A stretch of DNA of 64,000 bases from NCBI GenBank assembly GCA_030248215.1, contig JASANG010001519.1:310001-374000 (forward strand), written 5' to 3'. The stretch comes from Enoplolaimus lenunculus. Its lineage: Eukaryota. The notes beneath the pieces were generated by a model. The model did no database searches, was not told where the DNA came from, and saw only the letters and a program-made list of their open reading frames with translations. This document shows, in pieces, positions 1 to 11,800 of the stretch; positions within the stretch are counted from its first letter, which is position 1; every line of letters starts with the position of its first letter. The translations under genes and the position numbers were made by a program.

Positions 1-325
1 ATAAAAGTTTCTAAAATTTTTTATCACAATAACGGAGTCGTGGTGGGTGTCTGAAAACTTTTTGACATCATTCATTAAAATTTGTTCTAATTTTAACACT
101 TCCACAGCTTTTCTGAAAAATATTGACAAATGTGTTATAGGTATTAATGGAAATACAAAACCTATACAGACACCGCTCAATTATTCTGTAGCTTGTCGAT
201 ATCTCCATTATATTAAAAAGCACATTTTAGTGAATATCTTTCAGAAATGCTGCTGAAAAACTGTAATTTCCAACAGTGACTGCGAAATTTATGCAAATTT
301 TGTCTAAATGTCACCCCGGTTTTGT

Positions 326-528
326 GGCCCGTGTTACTTTAAGGGGCGTCCAGGTTTCTGGTGGGTCCATAAAAGAGTTGGTTTAGATTCTAGATTACAT
401 TTTTTTGCTTAGGCTTAGGCTTATGCTAAGGTTTACGCTTAGGAACACATTTTTGCAACGTTTAGGCTTAGGTTTAGACTTAGGAATACGCTTAATCTAC
501 TGTTACGCCCCTTGAAGTAACATTGGCC
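326..528. mobile_element. TTAGGC-MITE subfamily A (TIR GGCC[A/C]ATGTTACTTTAAGGGGCGT)
   Basis: Terminal inverted repeats, internal TTAGGC runs, imperfect 8-bp TSD. Similar copies near 5940, 13789, 20205, 27831, 40015, 43159, 55191, 55835, 61591. Confidence 0.85.
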
Positions 529-1399
529 GGTTTTGTTATAAAACAAACTACTTAAAATGAAAGTGGACAATGGTTGGCCAAATTTCACTATATGGACCTG
601 TCCAGAGACACTGACGGGCTTAGAGACCGGGACGCTTATGCTTATGTTTGGCTAAAACCTTATGCTTTATTGTCAGGTTTAAGCTTAGACTTAAAATTAC
701 TGCGCAAACCGTTACAGTTAACGCTCGAGTGCAAACATTAGCCTTCAAAACGGCACATAATTGCGGCAGAACGAACTAGAGCTAATTCAGCAAGCCACAC
801 ACACGGTGTGTAAAATGTAAGTGGTTAACATTCGTTTGGCGTACCTTTAAAGGTTAAGGCTTTACGTCTTTTGGCCAATGTAAAGAACACGGGCGGAACA
901 GAATTATAGCCATATTCCTGAGCCTAAGCCTAAGCGTAAGCGTAAGAATGAGCATATTCCTAAGGCTAAGCCTAAACCAAGCAAAAAAAAATTAGTCAAA
1001 CCTTAAGCTTACTCTATTGCAGTGCCATAATGCAAGAATTTTGCTAATTTACAGTGAATCATTGGCCGGGTTTTAGCAACTTTAAAATACTTATTTTAAT
1101 GAAATGAAATTTTTGAAAAGTCGGCTGTTACTCAAATTTCGTAACTTTTACGAGCGCTGCATATGAAACTGATTTATCAGCATTGCAACGTGTAACTCCC
1201 AGTTTAAAATTAATTAACATTATCGTTAATAACTCAGAAATCACGAACCAAACCAATGAAATCAAAACAACGGAATCCACATTGCAAGACGTACAGAAGG
1301 TATATTCTGTAACATTCATGCTTCAGAAATTTAAGATTTTGATGGCTAAAGCTTTTTTAAAGTATGCAGCACGTTCATTTTTAAACCACGCGAGATTGT

Positions 1400-1749
1400 A
1401 AAGGACAGGGACGCGCATTATCCTTGTATCGGTTAAAGGACTGGGACGCGCATTATCCTTGTATCGGTTAAAGGTCTGGGACGCGCATTATCCTTGTATC
1501 GGTTAAAGGTCTGGGACGCGCATTATCCTTGTATCGGTTAAAGGACTGGGACGCGCATTATCCTTGTATCGGTTAAAGGACTGGGACGCGCATTATCCTT
1601 GTATCGGTTAAAGGACTGGGACGCGCATTATCCTTGTATCGGTTAAAGGACTGGGACGCGCATTATCCTTGTATCGGTTAAAGGACTGGGACGCGCATTA
1701 TCCTTGTATCGATTAAAGGACTGGGACACGCATTATCCTTGTATCGGTC
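1400..1749. repeat. Minisatellite, 35-bp unit x10 (AAAGGACTGGGACGCGCATTATCCTTGTATCGGTT)
   Basis: Near-perfect head-to-tail copies, no spacers. Confidence 0.97.
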
Positions 1750-2777
1750 ATAGGTTACGCAACACTTTACGTTTCTAATTAATTTTGTCCATCTCCCAGC
1801 TTAAAATATTAATTAACACTATCGTTAACTCAAAAATATAAAATCCAAATCAAAAATTAAAAATTAGAAGCATAATGCAAAGTTTACAATAACTTTTCAG
1901 TGCCTGCCACCGATTTATGCCGGTGTTGGGGTTACCTCACGTACACATTTTAAAGGCTAACGGAGAAACAGTCGTTACGGCGGGGCTAACGAGTGTACAT
2001 TTTAAAATGTGTACATGAGGCAACCCCAAAACTGGTTCAAATCGGCGGATGACAGTCAAAAGTGATTGTGAAGTTTGCAATAGCCAGCGTTTAAATTTTA
2101 AGCATTAATTACACAATGTTCATTTCTTAGTACAAAGTGACACGGTCAGCTTAATCGAAAGTCGAGCTTATATACAATGAAAAATTTTTAAATTAAAATT
2201 TAAACGCCAGTCGAAATTATGATTAACCCTGAAATTTTTATTTCACTTCAAATTTTAAAGTTTTCACCTATAATCAAACAACACGTAAATATAGAACCGG
2301 ATCGACTCAACGGTACTCATATTGGTTACACATATATACCCTACAATTTTAATAATTAAAAATTTTCAATGAAGAAATCACATAATTAGCATCTGATTTA
2401 AATAATAAACCCAAAAATAAAACAACAACTTCAAATCATCTGTTTGCAATAATTCCATTAATAAAGATCGTTTTCATTTGACTACCGCTATTCGATAGCC
2501 AGAATGAGACCAGGAAGGACTCACCTCGGCTAGAAAATTTGCACTCCCCCAAAAACTTTCAGCATCGCTCAGTGAAATGCGCTAATTCAAGGTACGCCCC
2601 ACCGGTAAATATTTAGCTAACTTTTAAAGTTTGCTATTTTTCAATAATTATTGCAAAACGAATGAAATTTTCGTTCTTTTCAAAATTTTGCACTCTATTG
2701 CGACAGATTTGACAAAAATGTTCCTTTGAACAATTTACGACCCTTTAGAAAACTGCTTTGAATTCGATGAGCAACCA

Positions 2778-2811
2778 TTAGTCTGACTTGTTTCGAGTTG
2801 AAAGAAGGAAT
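2778..2811 (-). CDS. AQP8: Aquaporin terminal exon (FLLSTRNKSD*)
   Basis: ttttcag acceptor in the correct phase, short tail to TAA. Confidence 0.7.
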
Positions 2812-5800
2812 CTGAAAACAAATCCCATGATTATGAGTTCAATTATTCATTGTTTGTTTTATTTGCCAAAGGCCAAACACACAGACTTCAGCTAAAATTT
2901 AATAAAATGAACTCATTTTAGTGAGCAAAAAAATCTTGTACTTTAAAATTCAACCGGCAACATTGAGAAAGCTTCTAAAATATATTATAATCTTTCATGG
3001 ATATGCCAAATTTTCGGCGGATATCTGTCTCCTATTCCACCTTGTACACTTCATTGACCAAACATTTCGCGTTATTGTAGTGACCCGAATAAGAGGGGGA
3101 TAATAAGAGGGGTCTCCATTTTGAGTCCTAATCAATAGGAGTCCGTATCCCTAATAAGAATCCGTAAGCGAGTAGAGTTTCTAAATCCTAATTAGAGTCA
3201 CTAAATGTCAATTATCCCTAATCGTAGAGCATAAATGGCACCAGGACCAAAGAAAGTTGAGTTTGGATGACCGTGCACAATAATTAATAAATAGGATACC
3301 CTAAGCGCAGCCTAAGCCAATTGAAAAGGTATGCTTTAATGCAGCATTCACAATAAGAAATTACGCTGTGCCACCGGGAACGGCATGTGGTAGGGTTAAC
3401 GAGTGGCAATTTTAAAAAGTGCCACTCGTTAACCTTACCATACCACAAATTTTCAATGTAACCCTACCTTAACTCGTGTCACAGAAACTTTTGTGACATC
3501 TGTTAGGGTAGGGTTAGCACAAATTTTTCCAATATATATATATTTACATCTATTACACACAAATTGTTATGTGTGTACGATGTACGTATTTAATTACTTA
3601 CTCATTTGAATGATTTCCTCAAATTAATTACTTTAAATGAATTTTAATTAGTTGTAAATTTCGGCTTCGTTAACCCTACCTTACAAGAAGTGCAAGCGTG
3701 ACCCACATCAAGTTCAACCGCATAAAACTCGCTACAGTATACCTTCAACCGCATAAAACGCTATATGAAATATAATTTGTTTGGCCTCTCCAGAGGGTAC
3801 CCCCTGTTATTCACGGACTGTTATTTATTTTCAACCCACCCTCCGTCCCCCTTTCCATTGGTGCCTCCTGTTATTATGGACTGTTATTTATTTTTATCCC
3901 GCCCTCCCCCACCCTTTCCAGAACGAAATTCACGGATTGTTTTATTGTCTACAACTCGCCCTCCCCTCCGTCACCCTTTGTTACTGATATATCCGGTATT
4001 GCAACTATCCGTTGCGTTTTATACGTTTTTTGCCTTGCATCAAACGCTCGAGCGATAATACAAGGTTTACAATGGGGGCCCCCTCTTATTAACCCCCTCT
4101 ATTCTGGTCAGCATACAGTATATGTTTTACTAATTTTTACTTCATAGTCATGGCTGAAATGCAAACCGGATCAAGTTTTGCTGGTTGGCGCCATTTAACC
4201 TCATACGTCTATCAAAAATTTGTTAAACTCGCTTTACCGCCAAAAATCCAAGGAATAGCCATTGCTTCGGACACTGCGTTGAAAAGGAATAGAGTTTCGA
4301 GTACACTGGTTTTATATTTACCGATACCGATTATTAATCGGCACATTCCTAAAAAATTACCATATTTTAATTGTCTCTGACCTTAGTTTCACTTTTTTGT
4401 TTTGCCTTGTGCTTAGGAATAGTGATTAGGTTTAACTTACCGGTACATCAATGCAGCAATTAGTGCACCAACGAATGGACCAAGCCAGTGAATATAGTGC
4501 GTGCGCCATAAAAACTCCACCGACGGACAATTATCCATAGGAGGGCTAAAACAACAATATTATTTTGAAAATGTAAATAATACATTTATTGAAAATCAAC
4601 ATCGCTGTTGTGCTGGGTCATATTCTCTAATGATTATAGCACCTACCACCAGTTAGGGATCGGTAAATTGGCGCAATTCTGCAATTGTAGTTATCAAAAA
4701 TTGCACTAATGTGGGGCGTATTAAAGGCGTAACATTGGTCAACTTTTACCGATAAACATTCGTTTATTCAAAAAAACCTGAGCAATCACCAGCGGCTGTG
4801 GCTGGTTTCAGAAATTACTGAAAAGACGGATCGCGTGGGATAAAATGTATAACAGAGTATAATTGGGAGCGAAGCGATCGAGAAGCCAAACGCAGTTTTT
4901 TTAGTTCTAAAGCATTAACACAAAATTTTGGTTTTGATCTCTGTTCGGAATATACTGTAGTGACCCAAATAAGAGGGGGGAGACTGATATTTATTTGGCC
5001 TCTCCAGAGGGTACCCCCCTTGTTATTGGGACCCCCTCTTATTACACCCCTCTTATTCGTGTCAATACAGTAACCGGGATGGGTATCCGTTGGATATGGT
5101 AGTGGCGAAATGGTTACAAGAGCTACACATTTGAGAATACAGGCACATGATTAAGTATGATATTGCATATGAAATCTGCATATTTAAAATCCACACTGAA
5201 ACCAATTATTTTTAGGAGCTGACGCTATTGATGATGCTTCTTCAAAAATGATGGTATACTTATATTACCCCCTCTATCATAGAGTAGACTGTGAACAACT
5301 TAGAGCAATCTGTAAATAAATTAACACACAATGCGCAGCGTTTAGCAATTACTACGCGTATGCGTAACGCAAAATTTTCATGTGAGAGCCCCCTCGGGCT
5401 CGAACGTCGAGATCTTATTGGCTGAGTGAAGATGGTAACCGTATCCCACACGTGAGGCCACGACTCGAATCCTGGCTTGAAATAAGAGTTCGGCAAGTAA
5501 TAGTAAATATTTGTGTCAAAGAATATATCTCATATCTGTAGTCGATAACAAACAATACTTCAGTTCTTCGTGTGCTGGCATAACTCGCTGCTCATATAGA
5601 CATTAATTGGGCTTAAATTTGACAATTTTCGCTTTAATAAAACTCATAATTACATAATATATAAGCATGACCGGAACTTTTCAAATTCTTATTCCGACTT
5701 AACGTTTTATCCAAGTTTACAATGTGGCTTTATTTTAAATCAAATACATTTATTCTATCCAACGTTCATACCATTGGTCTCGTCCGACAATCGAGTACAT

Positions 5801-8800
5801 CACCAACGGACCAAAACTTCTTGCCGGATTCATGCTCGCACCGCTTACGGTTCCGCTGCAATATGATGTTTGCAACTGCAATATTTAGCTTTTTACACTT
5901 GCAACAGAATGAGGTAGTTTCAATTGTAAGGTTTTATGAGGCCAATGTTATTTTAAGGGGCGTAACAGTAGATTAAGCGTATTCCTAAGCCTAAGCCGAA
6001 GCCTAAGCGTTGCTAAAATGAGTTCCTAAGCCTACGCCTAAGCGTAAGCCTAAGCTTAAGCCTAAAGCCTAAGCAAAAAAAATTAGTCTAATGCGTAAAC
6101 ACTGGTTTTATGCCAAAATTGGCCACTTCATATCTCGTGGACGCTTGCTGGACTGATTTCAATTTTACAAACTGTTATTGTTTACTAATCCTGTGAAAGG
6201 AAATAAAATATTATTCTCTCACACGGTTGTTGTTTACTGTAGCTTTCCCAAATGCTACTCGCACTCGGAACGAACTCGAAAGACAAGCCACGTTTAAGTT
6301 TTGGTTTAGGCATAGGCTGATGCTTAACACTACAGTTCTGATGTATGATAACATTTGTCGAATTAGCATTCAATTTGGGTGGGGGCGCAGTTAATTTAAT
6401 ACTTACCCAGCGATAATATCAACAAATACGGCCAAACCAATTGCCATTGGTGCCAACGCGTTATCATCACGATCCACAGCGGTCACAAGGACAGTATAGA
6501 CCAAAATAAAGGTCAGGACGACTTCCATTAGAATAATCTAAAACATAGACGCATTGGTACTAGAGTCCGTATTCTTAAATGTGTGTAGCACCTATCTTAT
6601 CGGTTGTTGATAGATCTTGTAACGTTCGAACTTGAAAATGGTGAGATTTGAAATTCAGCACATTTATTGCATTCAATTTATACTACAATGCACATTTTGG
6701 AATCTGCAATTGCAGCAGTTCGTTAGTTTGAAAAGGCAGTACTAACTGGTGATAGGTGCTACATGCATTTAGTGAATATGGGTCTAGGAAGCAGGATGCA
6801 GCAGGAATTAAAAATACTGGAAACGGAAAGTGAATATGTAACTGAATTTATCTATTTGATTCGCAATCTATGATTCGGAACGTAAACGTTTGTGGAAACA
6901 GCCACAGGCGCAGATGTGATTTGGTAAAAAAATTTGTTTTCCAGGAGCGCGTTTTACCCGCCGAAAATTTATTTTTTACCCGCGAATATTCCCGCTCAAA
7001 ATATTTTTACCCGCGACCTGCCTTTACCAACGCTTATTTTTTTCCGTTGTATTTAGAACAAATTCCACTTGATACTACGTAAATTCGCATGGATATGGAA
7101 TACGTCCCATTAAACTCTTCTATATGGACTGGCAGGATCCAACCGGAGGTGAAAAATACTAAGCAGAAGATCAACAGCTTTGTCGGAACCCGAGTTGGTA
7201 GTGAGGCATGTGCAGAATAAATTATTGTCGGAATTGAGATTTTAAGAAACACTTGGCCAGCGAGAGTTGGAGCATTGACAATGCAAGGTAATAATTGGTA
7301 CGCTCTAAAAGCTTAATCTGACTTGATTTAAGCTTCAAGTAATGCAGCAATATTAAACTAAGTTTCTAGATTAACTAAACTAAGAGGTAGCTTTATGCTT
7401 AAACTCATTTAAAATCTTACATATTTTCAGTTTAAGCTAAACTTATCGAACTCTTAGATACACGTAATTTCTGGACTGTACTTGTTACTTAAACTAAAAA
7501 TATGTTTACTTAAACTCGTGTTAAACTTAAAAACATATTAGTTTAAGTTAAACTTAAAAGTCTAGTTTAGTTAAACTTAAAAACATATTAGTTTAAGTTA
7601 AACTTAAAAGTCTAGTTTAGTTAATTCGTCCAGCCATTTTAGTTTTACTTATACTAATATTCAAGTTTAGTTCAGCTATAAAATTTAAGTTTATGTTTTG
7701 AATGAGTAGTGATTCCACTAGAAAGTTATACAGCACCAAACTCAGCACTAAATATGAAGCTCAGTTAACATGCGTAGTATATATTTGACATTCTTTTAGA
7801 AAATTAATCGAAAGTTAAAAATTTAAAACAGGAGGTTTGAAAATCTTTAAATCCATTCAGACCAATGGGAAGAAAGCACCCCCAGTGCGGCCTACGTATC
7901 ATAGCCTTTGAATCTTACAAACAATCAAACTGGTCGACACAACTTTTATAAACTAGGGAAAATGTCAGTACGGAGATTACTGAAGCTTAACGCAAAAATG
8001 GCAAACGAGCCATAGGCAGACCTCTGCGTGTACCCTGACACCTATTACAACAATCGCATACCATAAGCAAAAACAATGCAATATTGGGCTAATAAAGGTA
8101 ATCTAATATGTTTGTCGCTTGTTCCCTTATACTTCTAGGTTAATAAATAATCGCAATATTTTAATCGTACTTTGAAATTTTTTACCCGCGGGTACACTCA
8201 CTTTCAAAATTTCTTACCCGACCCACGTTTACCCGCGAGCACACTCACTTTAAAAATTTCTTACCCGACCCACGTTTATCCGCGAGCACACTCGCTTTCA
8301 AAATTTCTTACCCGACCCACGTTTATCCGCGAGCACGCTCGCTTTAAAAATTTCTTACCCGACCCACGTTTACCCGCGAGCACACTCGCTTTAAAAAATT
8401 TCTTACCCGACCCACGTTTACCCGCGAGCACCCGCGGGTATCCGCGGGTTGCGTGAAACTCTGGAAACACGTACTGTTAACGGCAAAATTTTCTACTAAA
8501 TCTCAAAAACTAAAAATAGCTGTTTATTTTGTTCACGACTTTTAGCATATTTAACTATATTTGGCTAGTTTTTGAGGTACTTAATCACATAAAAATAGTC
8601 ATTTTCAAATTAGTAATACTTGAAATTCGGATGCCGCTCCGGTGTGTTCGATATTAATTGAAACCGTTCCCCCACCAATTGCGGTGTATTCAGAGTCTTT
8701 AAGGCATGCCTGCAAATATAAACGTGACATAAACTATAAATGGGTGGGTTGTGTATATAATAGTGGAAACAGAAAGGATGAATGTATGACAATTCAGCTA

Positions 8801-11800
8801 ATACGTTTCCGACCCATGTAAAGATCAGTGGCGCAACGTTTTTCAGCGAGACTAGAATTGAGTAAGCTTAAGTTTTGACTGATTTTTTGCTTGGCTTAGG
8901 CTTAGGCTTAGATTTAGGCTTAGAAATATGCTCATTCTTACGCTTAGGCTTAGACTTAGGCTTACGCTTAGGAATATGCTCATTCTTACGCTTAGGCGTT
9001 TAGGCTTATGCTTAGACTTATGAATATGCTCATTCTTACGCTTAGGCGTTTAGGCTTATGCTTAGACTTATGAATATGCTCATTCTTACGCTTAGGCGTT
9101 TAGGCTTATGCTTAGGCTTAAGAATTTGCTTATAATACTGTTCTGCCCCAGTTCTTTACGTTGGCCCAATTTCCTAAGCCTAAGTGTACGATTGCGCATA
9201 ATCCAAAGCATAATGCTAAATCAAAACCTAAGCATAATAATGGGTGACAAATTGCGAGTCGACAAAATTTCGGATCACTGTCGGTCGATGAATTTGTCGA
9301 GGGACGAATTGTGCAGATACCGCAGGGGAAATAAATGTCCGCTGGTGATATTTGTGGTTAATAAAAAAAAGCCTATATTTAACGTGTTTTAAGCGAGCAA
9401 GAAGCCAAACATATTTATTGCGTTGAATAAAATGTATTCAGCCTCAGACCAAAATGTCAATTTTATGGTCGATCCGTTCGAGCAAATATTTGAGTTAAGA
9501 TCATCGTCCAGACAACTGGCCTTGCAAAAAGTAATCATTTTCATGCATCCCAGTACAAAGTTTTAGATTGGTATCGACCCGCAGGGTGGGATCGATTTGT
9601 ACATTTTTATCGCTCGGCCAGAGAGACGCGGGCGGCCCCTCACCCAGGCCCCGCTGGTTGCTGCCTGCCGACCGGCTGTGACCTCATGATGACCGTTCAT
9701 GACCTTGAACACAATTCTATGCTATATAGCCAATTAACGCCGAAATCGCAGAAATTAGCAAGTTATCAATTAGTCTCGTTGTGATTTTATTTTAATTTTA
9801 GCACAATACTTTATAAATGTTCTTGGCAAAAGCAAGAGCTGTACGAATTTTTACCCATATCAAAAATCCACCAAAGAACGCGCCAGACAGTTGAGCGAGC
9901 CAATACAGCGCCGTAACTGCAGCCGGTGCAGTACCTTGCAATAACAATCCAAGGGTTACTACCGGATTCAAGTGACCACCGCTGAAAAATAGTACAGTAT
10001 ATCGAACCGCATTAGAATGTACACAAAGTCTTACTTAGATCAGAGTCGGACGTGGGTAAGAATTGTTTATTTGACCCACGCTTTATGCAATCAAATCAGA
10101 ATTTTTTCACCCACGGGTTTACCTACACAATGAAGATCTACCCACGACCAATCATTTACCTGCGTTTGAAATTAAACCAGTATTTTAAAAATCGCTTTTG
10201 ATTTGCTGTTAAAATGAAGTTTCTGGTTCAATGAATGTTACACATAAAAGCTTTTACCGCGAAAACAACAAAATTTCAAACTCAACTAAATAAAGTCCAG
10301 AACTTTGGCTGTTTCAACGCTCACTCACTAGATAGGTTAATAGCGTAAGTTTTGCACCTTAACTATTAAAGATTTGGCGGGTATAAAAACTCAATTTTTA
10401 CCAGCGCGATACAAATCATTACCCACGGGTATACTTGCGGCTGAAATTTTTACCCGACCCACGTTTAGCTTCGGGTACTAATTGTCTTTCGGGCAATGGT
10501 CAGATGGCTAATTTTATCGCAATGGACTGCCTCATTAAACAGCTTATGTTATCATTCTGGTAAAAACATCAATTACAGTTACTGTAAACATCTCGTATTC
10601 TATTGCTTAAATCTAAACTAAGTTGTTCCATAATTCAGTTTTAGACATACGAACAGACAGCAATATTTATCTGTTTTGTGCAATTAAAACACTTTCACTA
10701 CTACTCTGTAAAAGCACTCTATTTAAAGTTACTTTAGTTATATTTTACTAGCTATTTTAAGTATAAGTGTACTAAATATTGAGTAAATCTTCGCTAAAAT
10801 AATGTAAATAACTGCTGTTATTTCGTGATTAATTAAGTAAATGCAAAGTTAAAAATTTTGTGGTTGCTTAAAATTTAGTAAAACTTTGCCACGCACCATA
10901 GTAAGTGAAACCGACACTTAATTCGGCAACAGTTTTACTTAATTTTAATTATATTTTTAGTGAGTAGAAACACATTGAGAAAATACATTGGTTCAAATGC
11001 CGTTTAACTTTACCTGATATGACCAATTCCCATAATGAGCAGTGCTATTGTAAGGCCGTGCCCTGCAGCAACAGCAATCAAACTGTTATCACGTCCACTT
11101 AGGCCTCCTGAAAAATAAAACAGATTAAACGTTTGTGAGTTTTCGCAATCTTAATTTGTAAATTCAGATTGCGAACGAAATTAACGGGATGAGAATTGGC
11201 TTATTTTAATACTTTATCTGCACACATTTTTTGAACATTCAAATAAAATTTGTATTCCACCAAGATTTAAGGCTAAGGCTAAAGCTTTGAGAATTATGCT
11301 TAGACAACGAAAATTATCGTCCTAAGCATTAAAGCCTTAACGTTAATGCGGAATAAAATGTACGGAATATTTCGTGCTTTTATTGACAATTTTATTGTCA
11401 CCGCCCTCCGGCGGTGACTTCTGTTTTAGCTTGCGGCAAAAATGAATGGTTTATGCATTGTAAACACACCAGAACTTTTTTGAAACTTTTTTTGTATTCA
11501 ATAAAAAATTGTGAGGTAGAAATTGTCGTGCTTGACTCGATATTAATTTATTAATTTTCTTTGCGATTTTCTGTACGGATACTAGGTTTAGACTTGTAAC
11601 TTTGATATGCTTCAAAGTTCATACCAGCCGATTCTATGCACTCACAAATTAATTGGAACTTCGAAACGTTAACTTCTATTTTAAATCCGTTTTCATGAAT
11701 GACTATGAGACGAAGACACTGACAATTTTTTGTGGTTTAAAATTTTTTAAAATTTAAAACCAGCAGCGCAAAATTTTTCAAACTGAAAAGTTCTGTATTG

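Noticed and set aside
8172..8470. Repetitive 94-aa and 64-aa ORFs
   Set aside because: Products of the ~47-bp tandem repeat.
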